Below are positions 39,122 through 51,490 of a stretch of DNA of 64,000 nucleotides, one piece after another. The notes beneath the pieces were generated by a model. That model saw only the letters and a list, made by a program, of their open reading frames with translations. It made no database searches and was not told where the DNA came from. How positions within the stretch are numbered: position 1 is the stretch's first letter; every line of letters begins with the position of its first letter. The translations under genes and the position numbers were made by a program. Origin of the DNA: Eledone cirrhosa (lineage: Eukaryota); assembly GCA_964016885.1 (NCBI GenBank), contig OZ024741.1, positions 376,402,001 to 376,466,000 on the forward strand. The letters run 5' to 3'.

Positions 39122-40607
39122 AGTTGCATTTATCTTGCTTTATGTTCATACGAGTTATCACCAAGTCACAACCAGTGACCTCAAGAGACAACAAGGTCCG
39201 CCATGTTCAAGAAAGAACATACATACTCACACATGCATCTTTAGTGTTTAGATTTGTGATGTACTTATATTGACAGAATCTTCTTTAGTATATGGGCAGT
39301 TCCCATTAGTACTATCTTTTGTATTTCTCCTATACGCGGGTTTCCTGTGATTTGCGATAAGTAATCATTAGACCCCTTAGGTATCATTCCCAGAGCGCCT
39401 ACAACCACTGGTATTGTTTTAGATCTCAATTTCCACATTTTTCCAATTTCTATCTCCAGGTCCTTATACTTGCTCAATTTTTCAAATGTTTTTATAGATA
39501 CATTCTTGTCTATTGGAACAGGCATATCAATTAGCAGGCATACCCTCTTTTTAAAGTCCTTCAATATTATATCAGGTCTATTCGCATCTAATTTTCGGTC
39601 TGTTTGGATGCTAAAGTTCCAAAAGATTGAGATGTGATCTTTTTCAAGTATGGGAGGTGGTTGATGCTCCCACCAATTCTTTTGATGGGGCAGGTCAAAA
39701 TGCTTACACATTATCCAATGTATGTATTGTGCAGCTCTGTCATGCCTGTTTAGGTATTCGGTTGGAGCTATAGGACTGCGCATTGAAATTATATGGTCAA
39801 TGATCTCTGGTTGTTTTTTGCATACACGGCATAATGGGCTGCATCCATTTTTTATTATGTTGGCTTGGTAATTTTTTGTTGGCAGACACTGATCTTGTGC
39901 TGATATAATCAGTCCTTCAGTCTCCAATTTCAGTCCAGAGGATGCCAACCACTGATGGGTTAAAGTTTTGTCAACATCAGGATTGTTAGCTCGCTCTGGG
40001 TATTTTCCATACAGAGGCTTTTTCTTCCCATTTCTTAGCCAGTTTCTGTAGCAGCTCTTTATTTGCAGTTACTTTTACCTGCTTTGCTTTTTCTGTGTTT
40101 TCCATTTCAGCAGTAAATGGGACTTCTGAAATTTGTAGTCCATTACTGTATCTTTGTGCATCTTTTGTAATGGAATATGATCGTTTGATGCTTTCGTGTT
40201 TCAAAACGAGTTTCATCATCCAATCATGTGATTCCCTTAGATATGTAGATAATCCAATTGTTGCAGTTTTCAACGCAATGTCTAACTGGATTAACCCACG
40301 TCCTCCTTCTTTCCTAGGGAGATATATTATATCTATATCTGCCTTAGGGTGATGCATTCTGTGAATGGTTAAGAATTTTCGAATTTTTGTATTGAGCCTA
40401 CGGATCTCTGTGCTTGACCAGTTGATGACATTGTTACTGTAGGTTACAACTTATATGGCAAGCGTGTTTATGGCACCGATCCTATTCCCTGCATTCAATT
40501 CCGTTCTTAAGATTGCTCTTACTCTGCGGTAACATTCCTTCCTTATCCTTTCCCTCATTGTCGAGTGCTTGATTCCGTCTCCTTCACAAACACCTAGATA
40601 TTTGTAA
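39121..40607 (-). mobile_element. R4/Dong-like family A, 5'-truncated copy, tail-to-tail with the Tx1
   Basis: Reverse complement closely matches about 23056-24510. ORFs 39986-40357 and 39265-39948. (ATT)n on both sides at 39066-39120 and 40607-40708. Confidence 0.95.
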
Positions 40608-40616
40608 TTATTATTA

Positions 40617-40709
<93 letters not shown>

Positions 40710-40922
40710 GATATAACCGATACTTATATTTATGTAACTTTTTCTGCTTGAGTGAGAAATCAATTTCTAATTTATATATATATATATACATATATATATG
40801 TAGGAGGTGAGTATTATTGTAGCACAATAAAGCAATGCAAATATCGGATAAGTAGCACACAACAGTTTAAAGACTGGATTATAAATAATATAAAATCAAC
40901 AGATGGTTAAAAGAGTTCCATG

Positions 40923-40990
40923 TATTTTATTATGCGAATTTCAAAAACAAATATCATCATGGGATGATATTTGCGTTCTCATCAGATAAA
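40923..40990 (-). ncRNA. Minimal type I hammerhead ribozyme motif (left arm)
   Basis: Minus strand reads TTTAT CTGATGA [stem II] GAAA TTCGCA TA ATAAA. Confidence 0.68.
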
Positions 40991-41282
40991 GAGAGAGACA
41001 TGATATGAAGCTTAAAAAACACTTGCGAGCACTGAAGTGATAAATCAACATATGAAAAATAAAATAAGATGGATATATGAGATTGGAGAAAAGGAAATGA
41101 AAGGGGGGGGGGGTAGGTAAGGAAGAGGAAGAAAGAATATAGATAGAAGAAAAAATTTAATAATATTATTATATTTTTTTCCTTTTTTCCAATCTCATAT
41201 ATCCATCTAATTTTATTTTTCATATGTTGATTTAACACTTCACTGCTTGCAAGTGTTTTTTAAGCTTCATATCATGTATCCC

Positions 41283-41353
41283 TATTTTATCTGATGAGAA
41301 CGCAAATATCATCCCATGATGATATTTGTTTTTGAAATGCGCATAATAAAATA
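41283..41353 (+). ncRNA. Minimal type I hammerhead ribozyme motif (right arm)
   Basis: Stem I TATTTTAT/ATAAAATA, core CTGATGA (41291-41297), stem II GCAAATATCATC/GATGATATTTGT, GAAA (41334-41337), palindromic stem III ATGCGCAT, cleavage triplet AUA. Confidence 0.8.
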
Positions 41354-41726
41354 CATGGAACTCTTTTAACCATCTTTTGATTTTATATTCTATATATATA
41401 AAATATATAGATTTACATGTACATAAACTAGACAGAGCCATAGATATATATATGTGTTTTTGGCAACCATTCTCTGTGTTGCTCAGAGCAATATATAAGA
41501 AAGTAGGTCCATAGAATCATTTGATAAAATATATACAGTATTTCCTCTCCCAATCAGCATAATTAACCACATAAAAAAATCAATTAAACGAGGCTATAAG
41601 TTTACAATGTACCTATGAAGAAACAATAAATAAATAAATGATAGTTATTTTATCCGAGATCAACAGTCACAGAAGATTTACCTAGTATTTCTAATAGCCC
41701 GTAGAAATCGATTAGACCTACTTTCT

Positions 41727-41757
<31 letters not shown>

Positions 41758-41948
41758 TTAGGTTTGTTGGTTCACCACTGGAAAGAACTGGTCATTCCGT
41801 ATGGTCTACCTCGATGTAATATTATGGAGAGCACTCAACATAATGCAACTCACCCGTCTTCGTTTGTGTAGTTGGTGGTGCGAGTACGGAGTTAATTATT
41901 ATAAAATAGCAGAAGGCTAGACTGGTGTCATTCCTTAAAAGGTTTATT

Positions 41949-42006
41949 ATACTATGATCATTTAAATGACCGGGTTCAGTATGAATCCGGTGACATCATC
42001 AGGTAT
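41949..42006 (-). ncRNA. Degenerate hammerhead motif (GAAA changed to TAAA)
   Basis: Minus strand reads ATAC CTGATGA TGTC ACCGGATTCA TAC TGAACCCGGT CATT TAAA TGATCAT A GTAT, followed by AATAAA. Confidence 0.55.
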
Positions 42007-42111
42007 TCGAAATATAACAAAGGAATATAATAGACAAAATCCATGGGGCTGAAAATCAGAGACATGAGGGCTACCAAACATTTAGCAGCTTCTACCCCGG
42101 TCGGCCGCCCT

Positions 42112-42175
<64 letters not shown>

Positions 42176-42424
42176 TACATGGAATGTATGTATGTCAAAT
42201 CTTTCTTAGTTAAACTGTTGGAATTCTTAAATTTCTTTGATTGGTATCCACCTGTTTGTTCTGAATGGATACTTCCTTCCTATGAACAAATCACTATGGT
42301 GCCATCCAAAGCGAATTACCCACTCATATCGTGTTGGGGGAAACCACAATTAGAATAAGTTACTCAATACGTTGGTAGATTATAAGCAACATCATTATCA
42401 TTATTTTATATAGGAATATATGGA

Positions 42425-42463
<39 letters not shown>

Positions 42464-42635
42464 ATTAGTATATATACTAACATATGTATACAGTTGTATA
42501 CTCATGCTAGCAAATATATATGTTATGTCTTAGTACCTTTGTGGTTCTATGCAGTGGGATGCAGAACAATTATATGAAAGACGTAAAAGAAGAAAATTTT
42601 AAAAATTAAAAATTAACTTACTTACTAAACTTTTC

Positions 42636-42717
42636 ACTCCAACTTATTAGTTTCTGTAAGGGGATAAATATAGTTACGTAAGATAACTATGGAGAATTCC
42701 TTACGTCATCAGGGAGT
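42636..42717 (-). ncRNA. Type I hammerhead motif with long stem II
   Basis: Minus strand reads ACTCC CTGATGA CGTAAGG...CCTTACA GAAA CTAATAAG T T GGAGT. Confidence 0.68.
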
Positions 42718-43227
42718 CTACCCTCAGCTAAGTTCCCAGACAATGCGCGGACACTAGGAACCCATATAAAAATAATAATTTAGTGTATGGAACAAAGCTA
42801 GCGGGGACTAAATTTCAAAGCACTGAAAAAATTCACTGCCTCTCTGGTCAGTGGCAGATTCTAAAGGATCAATCACGTGACACTGAGGTTAATCAGTGAG
42901 GAGTGGGGTGGTATTATGACAATAGCCTACTACTACCATGAATCACAGCAGTAAATTTTGGCAAGTTTTACTCAACAAATAATTTGGAGATAAATATAGA
43001 GAATTAGTATATCTACCAACATATGTATACAGGTGTATACTCATGCTAGCAAATATATATGTTATGTCTTAGTACCTTTGTGGTTGTATGCAGGGGGATG
43101 CAGAACAATTATATGAAAGACGTGCTTTTGAATTTAGTCCCCGCTAGCTTTGTTCCATACACTGAACTATTATTTTTATATGGGTTCCTAGTGTCCGCGC
43201 ATTGCCTGGGAACTTAGCTGAGAATAG

Positions 43228-43309
43228 ATTCCCTGATGACGTAAGGAATTCTCTATAGTTATCTTACGTAACTATATTTATCCCCTTACAGAAACTAATT
43301 AGTTGGAGT
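43228..43309 (+). ncRNA. Type I hammerhead motif with long stem II
   Basis: ATTCC CTGATGA CGTAAGG..TATAGTTA/TAACTATA..CCTTACA GAAA CTAATTAG T T GGAGT; palindromic stem III ACTAATTAGT. Confidence 0.72.
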
Positions 43310-43517
43310 GAACATTTTAGTAAGTTAGTTAATTTTTAATTTTTAAAATTTTCTTATTTTACGTCTTTCATATATATATATATATATATATAGGAAAAAG
43401 TATGACCCCGACGGCAGAGCTCAAGCCGTTTCGACGGCTATTTCCCACTCTATTACCCTAAGTATTGAGTACTCTGGTGCGTTATGGTCCATCTGGTTCC
43501 TTACCACAATTCCTTTG

Positions 43518-43552
<35 letters not shown>

Positions 43553-46303
43553 GGGGGGGGGGTAGATAGAGATAGGGAGAGGGGCGAGAGGGAGAGGGGG
43601 GTGAGGGAGAGAGATAGAGATGTGCGAGAAATTAAAGTTGTATGGAATTCCGTAGTAAAATGAAAATTACATGGCACATGTTTAGCACCAACATTTAAAT
43701 GTTTACGCAATTGAAATTGCATTGAAACCTTATGTATGCAATTTAAAAAAACTTTCAGAAAAGTTGCATGTACAATTTGACAATGTATCGTCCGAGGGGG
43801 AAGTTTCTATTTTACATTACCTATATTGAATGTGAGATATCCAATCCTACTAAAAGGATCTAAATATTTAAATAATATAGAATATTTTGAATAACGCCTG
43901 GTAGCTTTCAATTTTTATTTCGTCGAGTGTTCTAACAGGCGGAATGACTTAAAATAAATTTAGTTCTTCGCTTTCTGTTTCACTACATAGTACTATACAT
44001 GATGTGGAATTTCTTTTATTCAGCTTCATTATGTATTCAATTTTAATTTATTAACCGATAATTCCATTCGTATATATCACGAGATTTTGATTTAATTGTA
44101 TTTAAATTACTGCTATTATGCAGTCTCCAGAAATGCTGACTTGAACGAAAGCTTATGTTTTCTATTATACTTCATCTCGGTTAACTATATTCGCAATAAA
44201 AACCGAACCAATTTTTTCTATTTCTACCACGTTCCTCAATATAACTCTCAGCTGTGTAATCTTTGTTTCCGGTGTATTACATTGCAGCATTCATGAAACT
44301 GAACAGCAATGAAGCGAATTTTATTGATAACAGAATATGCTGCCAGTTAAACAGGCACATCACATAAATGTATTTATATATGGCGTGAGCGCAATTATGC
44401 CCAATGTTTCTTATATCACGTTTATTTTTTAAATAGATTTAAACGGTCTACGTTTAGCAATATATTACTTCATTATATTAATATATACTGAATTTCGAAT
44501 TTCGTCAATTGAAAACCTCATTGAAATAATGTCGAAGCAAATAGCTACTAAATTGAATGTGCAACATAATAACGAATATATGCATAGTGAATGTACGCCA
44601 AACGTCGTGACTAAATTTAATATCATTTTCTCTGATTTCCACCGGCACATATGCTAAAGATGTTCGATAATAGCTATGAAATAATTATATATCTTATATA
44701 AACAGATATGTTCTCAGAGAAATGTTAGCACTTTTCTGTCTAAATGTGTTATTAAGATAGTAAGATTCGTACGTAAATGCAAGAGGTTTCTAGTAAGAAT
44801 ATATATCGCTCTTTAAATAAATTATGCATTCAAATTATTACCTTTTTGTTTGGCTTATTTAACATTTACTTGAATGTAGCTGAAATAAATTAATATGTCG
44901 CTTAGAGAGAATGCTTCTAATGAATTTACCGATGTTAAAATTAGTCAATTAATTTTTTCATTTAAAGTTAACCTGAAATTAGACAAATTTGAAATGGATA
45001 AAATAGGTATTGTTAGCTTTATACGAACGCCAATTATTCTGAAACGTGAAATATATTATGCTTCATGTAAAACTTCAGAATAGGTAACTAATTGTTTCAT
45101 GTCATATGATATGAGATAAATATCCTTTTGTCTGGAACTCTAAGCAATTTGTGATGATGTTAACCGAGGACTTTATTCGTTAACTATCGCTTGGTGAACC
45201 TAAACTATACCAAATACGTCTTTTTGCTCCGGAGAAATAAGGCACTCTTGCAGTAGATTTGAACCCAAATCTCACTAGGCAATAACACAATATATTATAT
45301 GTATAGTTGTTTTTGAAATTTAATTATTAAACATATAATGTGTGGAGAGCAACTTGCTTTGCTGGGGACTATTATTCTGAAGAGATTTGTTTACGACCGG
45401 AGGACTTTCATGAATGTGCACAGTTTCTGACACGATTCAGTGGAAAATAGATTCCAAATTGCAAACCCAGCATTCTGAGAGAATATAATTTTACTGGGCT
45501 TTATAAAAGTTTGCCACAACGCCACCATGTTCTCTCAATTTTCCTTTAACATTCCCCAGATACAAATTTAAGATGGATTGTTTTCCAGGTCCTTCCCTTG
45601 ATATATTCGATTAACTAAAATTGATGTATTTTGATTGGCAAAAGTTCCGTATTATGTCGAAATAAAATTGATTTTCAATTTCTGAAATGTAATAATGAAA
45701 TGTAATGTGAAATCCACTAAAATTGAATTTGAAAGAGCAAAATATCTGTGTTGTTCTAAGCAATTCAAATAAATTGAAGGCTCTAGATGAATATCTGGTA
45801 AATGTTTCAATCTTATTAGGAAGATTTTCTGCCAAAATATTTCAGCTTCAGTAAGAAATCATTTCTCAATAAAATCGAGATTATTTGTATCAGTTCAAAC
45901 TAGCACTATTGATTTTCTTATAAATGTTGTATGTATCTCAACAGTATTTATAATATATCACTTAAACATCAGCAGAAAATATAAATATTATTGATGAATA
46001 ATATATGAACGGTTGATGACCAGATCGATGCAAAACATTAATAACCAACATATATAGCAATCAAAAGCTGTGTTCAACAACATGTAAATAGAAACAACTG
46101 AAACATGAAAAGAATCCCATAGAAGTAATGATCTACATCTTGTAATAATGTTTTCTAATGTAAGTAGAAGGCCAGCAATTAATCAGGAGAAGAAAGTTGA
46201 TGCTATCGACCTAGAACTTTACTGCTATCGACCTCGGAAGGATGAAAGGCACGCTTGTACTCGGTTGGATATGCGTTCAAAAGATAAAGAACCGAGACAA
46301 ATA

Positions 46304-46450
46304 ATTGTTTCTACTTTTGGCACAAGGCCAGCAATTATCCCAGTACATTACTGGTACTTTATTTTATCGACCCCGTAAGGATGAAAGGCAAAGTAAACCT
46401 CGGCGGGAATTGAACTCAGATCGTAAAGGGACGTAACTATGCTGGAAAGC
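46304..46450 (-). mobile_element. SINE family 1 (5'-truncated), nested in an older same-orientation SINE, 12-bp TSD
   Basis: TSD CCGAGACAAATA at 46292-46303 and 46451-46462. The older copy spans about 46150-46510. Confidence 0.87.
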
Positions 46451-47075
46451 CCGAGACAAATAGTGCTAAGTTATTTTCCGACACTGTAACGACTTTGGAA
46501 GTTCTCCGCCCTTGCATGTTCATAATAATGCTGTGTGTTGTCGAGTTCTTTTTTAATTCTCAGATTTCTAGATGTTAGAATTTTTTGAGTAGTAAGTTCA
46601 AAGTAAAATAGCCGAAATCTGCATTACTAATAATTTAATCCAATTTACGATGGCGAAGTTTGTACACAAATTATCCTACATTAACATAAATGAAATAAAG
46701 TTTATGCGTGAAATAGTTAATTGGGAACTAAATTTAAGTGTGTAACCAATTAGGGCATCACATCTTTCACAATTTAATTCACATATTTGAAATATGTGGA
46801 ACCATATTATCTTCATGAACAATCCTATTATCACATTAGACTAAAAGGTTACGACGAAAATAAAGGCATTGTATTCAATGAATAAGTTAAATATGATACT
46901 AAATTTCAGATGTCGAGCTATGGAGTGAAGTTAATTAGAAATAACTTACAGGTTAATTAATATGCATAAAACGATGTTTATGAAGCCGATTTAACAACAG
47001 ACGTCCATCTGATTAGAAGGGAGATTATTTAAAATGCCATTGCTAGTCGTACTATGAATATGATGTCATTATAAG

Positions 47076-47255
47076 TGAATTGGCAGTATCGGTAGAGGGT
47101 CAGGCGCCATGCTTTGCAGCACAGTTACGTCCCTTTACGGAATGAGTTCAAATCCCGCCGAGGTTAATTTTGCCTTTCATCCTTACGGGGTCGATAACAT
47201 AAAGTACCAGTAATACACTGCTATAATTGCTGGCCTTGTGCCAAAAGTAGAAACA
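47076..47255 (+). mobile_element. SINE family 1, 8-bp TSD
   Basis: A and B boxes present. TSD ATTATAAG at 47068-47075 and 47256-47263. Confidence 0.9.
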
Positions 47256-47817
47256 ATTATAAGAAGCAGGTGAAAAAGGGCTGTATCAAAATTAAGATTG
47301 CTAATTGGCCCAGTTGAAATTCAATGGATTAAAAATCTATGACTGAGTAATTACTTTGGTATGTATTCATTTCATGATTGTATGATTTGAACAACTATGG
47401 CATTAATTATCATTGTCATAATTTATACCATTAATTTAATAGTTCTTTATATAACTTAATGATAATTATACCTGTTTGTTTCCCGTGATTATTTGTGTTA
47501 ACTAATCTAACAACATATCACGTAATCTCCTAGCACTAGAGAAGTCAGCATATAAATCTATATGAATGAATATTGGGTGTAGTAATTAAACTCCTATCCT
47601 ATTCAATGTTTCATCCGGTGCTTTATTTATTACCATAAAATAAGCTATGGTATAGTTCGTAAATCCTGATGGAATCGTAGGGGTGCCGTATCGACGTACG
47701 GCGTTTCTTGTTCATTTTACGCCTGGCTGAGTCCATCCCTCTCCAGGACCAAGTACATCAAATTTCTTCTAGATAAATATAGAAATCAAACTCGCAAATA
47801 GACTGGTATTATTTTAT

Positions 47818-47964
47818 GGAACATGGCGGATTAGTTAGAGGGTAGGACGCGATGGTTTACAGCGTAGAGCTACGGCCCTTTGCAGTCATCCTTACGGGTT
47901 CGATAAAATATAGCACCATTAGTGCACTGGGATAATTGTTCGTCTTGTTCCAAATGTAGAAACA
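47818..47964 (+). mobile_element. SINE family 1 (internally deleted), nested in an older antisense SINE, 10-bp TSD
   Basis: TSD ATTATTTTAT at 47808-47817 and 47965-47974. The host SINE resumes with gatgaaaggcaaa..gaatttgaactcag to about 48095. Confidence 0.8.
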
Positions 47965-49491
47965 ATTATTTTATTGATCTTGAAATGATGAAAGGCAAAT
48001 TTGACCACGTCGGAATTTGAACTCAGTGACAGAAAACCGAAACGAATACCGCAAAGCACTCTATCCGAAGTTCTAACGACTTTGCCATTTTGCTGCCTTA
48101 TAAGCAACTATAACACTAAATTGAGTTCGTTGTAAAGGTGCAGTTTAGTAAACGACAGATAATTAAACGAAAGCGTTTGCTTTAATAATAGAAACCATAA
48201 ATATTAGTAGAAAGACTAGTTTATATGTTTCGCATCTACAACCACCATCACCACCATCCTCATCTCCACTACCGCCAATTCTTTAATCAACGTCTCTACC
48301 GATATCGCCCCCAGTTGAGCAACAACTGCAGTTCTTAGGATATCCCGCGTGTATTTATGTGCGTGTGTTTGATGGTATGTCTTTAAATAGTATGACCTCT
48401 CCTGTTTCCTCTTGATGATTCTTCCAACCCCGTAGCATACTTTAAGTAAATGATCTTCATATACTTGTGCCACATTCCAGTACTAATTTCCTCTCCTATC
48501 AGCATTCAAGTAAATGACATTTTCCACTATCTACATTCACTCTTATTAAAAATATCCTCTCCCCGCCCCTCTCTCTCTCTCTCTCTCTCTCTTTGACGAT
48601 TCCTTTCACAGCGTAACACATGTATAGGCATAATACTATTGTAGATTACATCTAAGTTTAATCTTCAGCTCGGTGAAGCGAATAGCTGAGTATTCAGTTT
48701 TTATTCATATTAACAAGGAAACACGTACAATGACTTTCAAACTAAATATTTAACTACAACATGTTTTCAAAAAGTCACAAGAGCAGACGGTTACATCAAT
48801 TTCCATGTCATCGTATTCCCGTGTCCAGTTAAGTGTTATAATAAGACATCTTATCAACGATTCTAAACTTCAGTCATGAAATATAAGCACCGAAATGAAA
48901 TTGGTTTATATTATAAATTAATAATCAATAATATCGAACAAGATACTTTTCGCTGTAAGCACCAACTTTATTACTAAAGCTGAGCGCTGTTCAATTATTA
49001 AGATAAATAATTTCACACGATTTATTATTACTTGATATGAAATAATATATAAAGTCGTCTTCTTTTTCCAGTCCAACCATTCCTTTTCATATATTTCCCC
49101 TGTTGTATTCTGTCTTTATCGCCTGAATTTTCTTGGTGTTGCATGATTGTCGTATGACGACCTGAAGATTATAACCTTAATATGAGACAGTTATTACACT
49201 CTGTCGTGGGTTTGCCACCTTCTATCTACTACAACGCAATATTTTGGAAATAAACCAAATTAATTTATCCGATAAATTAGATTCAGCGTTTACGCACTAA
49301 TACAATTCAGAGAATATGAAAGAAAGAATTCTACTGAGAGAACGAAGCTACACTCACACACATATACGCATACATATACTTACATGAATACATGCATATA
49401 TATATTCTTACACACATACCTGCGTATATATATATATATATGCACATCCATATGCAAACACACATCTAGCTATCTATTTAATAGATACGCA

Positions 49492-49595
<104 letters not shown>

Positions 49596-50339
49596 ATATA
49601 TATATACTAATACATCGAGAGAGACTGAAAGAGAAGAAAAGTGGAGAGAGTAAAAAGGCGTGTATGTTCATTAATAGGCCTTATAGTAATTTTTCTTAAA
49701 GGAAACGTAATATGTTATAATATCATGTTATCCAATAGTTTATGTTTGCCTCTTTGGCCGATGCCGATGTTTATGGTTATGTTAACTATCTACCATACAA
49801 GCGAATTACATTGGCAACTGAAGATTTATAGGATTTACCTAATAAACGTATATCTTCATCTGATGTATATTCTATCAAGAACAATAGATCATACAAGTCT
49901 CCCAATATTATACATTTCTATATGCTACTGAAACCGAATAAGATTACTTTTCTTCCTCAGTGAGGATACAAAAATTACGTAAATAGCTTTAGAATCTCCA
50001 TTTAAATAAAATCCATTTCACATAGAGCACGAGTTAGATTGTAGAAGGCATATATTATTCACTGCATAATCAATCTCCTATAATTCCGCAGCAAGTTAAA
50101 GGAAATTATTGACAGATGAATTTTGAGGTTTCTCATTGGCACAAGGCTACATATGTGTAGGTGTGGAATACCTGTAGCTTCACTGATAATTAAGCCAGTC
50201 CTTCAAACAGGCGTCTAGATTATACACTGAAAAACATTTTTGTTGATTACATTGTATACGTTAATCACTATATACACATGCGTACATATATCTATTGCTT
50301 CCTCTCTCTCTTCTCCCTCTCTCTCCCACTCTCTCTCCT

Positions 50340-50409
<70 letters not shown>

Positions 50410-50546
50410 GTATATATAATAGTAAAAAAGAAAAAACAAACAGTAGAAAATTGTAAAGGGACTATGTGAAAATCCCTTGGCATTTTTTATTGTTTTTTTC
50501 CTTTTTTACTATTATATATATCAACTCGTGTGTCACTACACAACAT

Positions 50547-50595
<49 letters not shown>

Positions 50596-50598
50596 ATG

Positions 50599-50653
<55 letters not shown>

Positions 50654-50728
50654 TGTGTGTGTATTTATATATATATATATATGTGTGTATGTAAAAGATA
50701 AACAGAAATAACACACATACGCACACAT

Positions 50729-50778
<50 letters not shown>

Positions 50779-50844
50779 TTAAATAACCGATCTAATGGCA
50801 TTTCGCCACTAAAGGGTTAACCTCTGGTGCTCCCAGTATCTTCA

Positions 50845-51160
50845 CACTCTCCTGTCACTTGCATCCCACTGCCATTTGCATCCCCTTCATCAATCCCTGA
50901 CAGTAATTTCCTCGCCTGTAATACACATCTATATTCAATTTAATCGTACGCTTCCTCTATCTACATCAGTATTCAAATCCACAACTGCTCTCAACCAATC
51001 CCTTTCATCCTTCCTCAACCATCTCCATTTCTTGTTACAACATTCATCACTAAAACTATTGCCAACGTCGTTTTTCTTTCTTTCTCATTTGAGAATACGA
51101 CAAACTTCATTGCAGCTAATGACAATATAACTTTCAATTACTCCCAGGTCTGTTTGCTTT
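50845..51160 (-). pseudogene. Old RTE-like 3' remnant
   Basis: The minus strand gives KKWRWLRKDERDWLRAVVDL, resembling RTE RLRW..HV.RKD..DW...V.DL. Confidence 0.4.
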
Positions 51161-51200
51161 TCACCCTTTCGGAGTATATATAATGATGTAAGTGTTTCGA

Positions 51201-51490
51201 GAGAGCTATTGGCTTAATAGTAAGGGTGTTGCACTTATGATCATAATGTTGTGGGTTCGATTCATGGACGAATTTGTGTGTTGTGTTCTTGAGTAAAACA
51301 CATCATTTTGCTTTGCTCCAGTATACTCAGCTGGAGATGAGTACCAGCAATAGTGGGTGGGCTTAAACCTGCAAGTGATTGGCGTCGTGTCCAGAGGAAA
51401 TTCTTGTAATCTCAGTCGCTTCACACCACGCAAATTGGGATAAGCACCATCCTGTTGAGCCCCGGGACGTCAGACAGACTTTAGCCACCT
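51201..51490 (+). mobile_element. tRNA-derived SINE family 2
   Basis: A box TGGCTTAATAG, B box GGTTCGATTC; homologous to 4040-4320. Confidence 0.75.

Larger units (their letters stand above)
40887..41389. repeat. About 210-bp inverted repeat (PLE pseudo-LTR pair) between (TA)n tracts
   Basis: 40887-41097 matches the reverse complement of 41178-41389 with few mismatches. Each arm holds a hammerhead motif. Confidence 0.9.
42459..43374. mobile_element. Non-coding PLE-type element: 126-bp direct repeat at 539-bp spacing plus about 253-bp inverted copy
   Basis: 42459-42584 matches 42998-43123. 42571-42823 matches the reverse complement of 43122-43374. Flanked by (TA)n. Confidence 0.85.
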
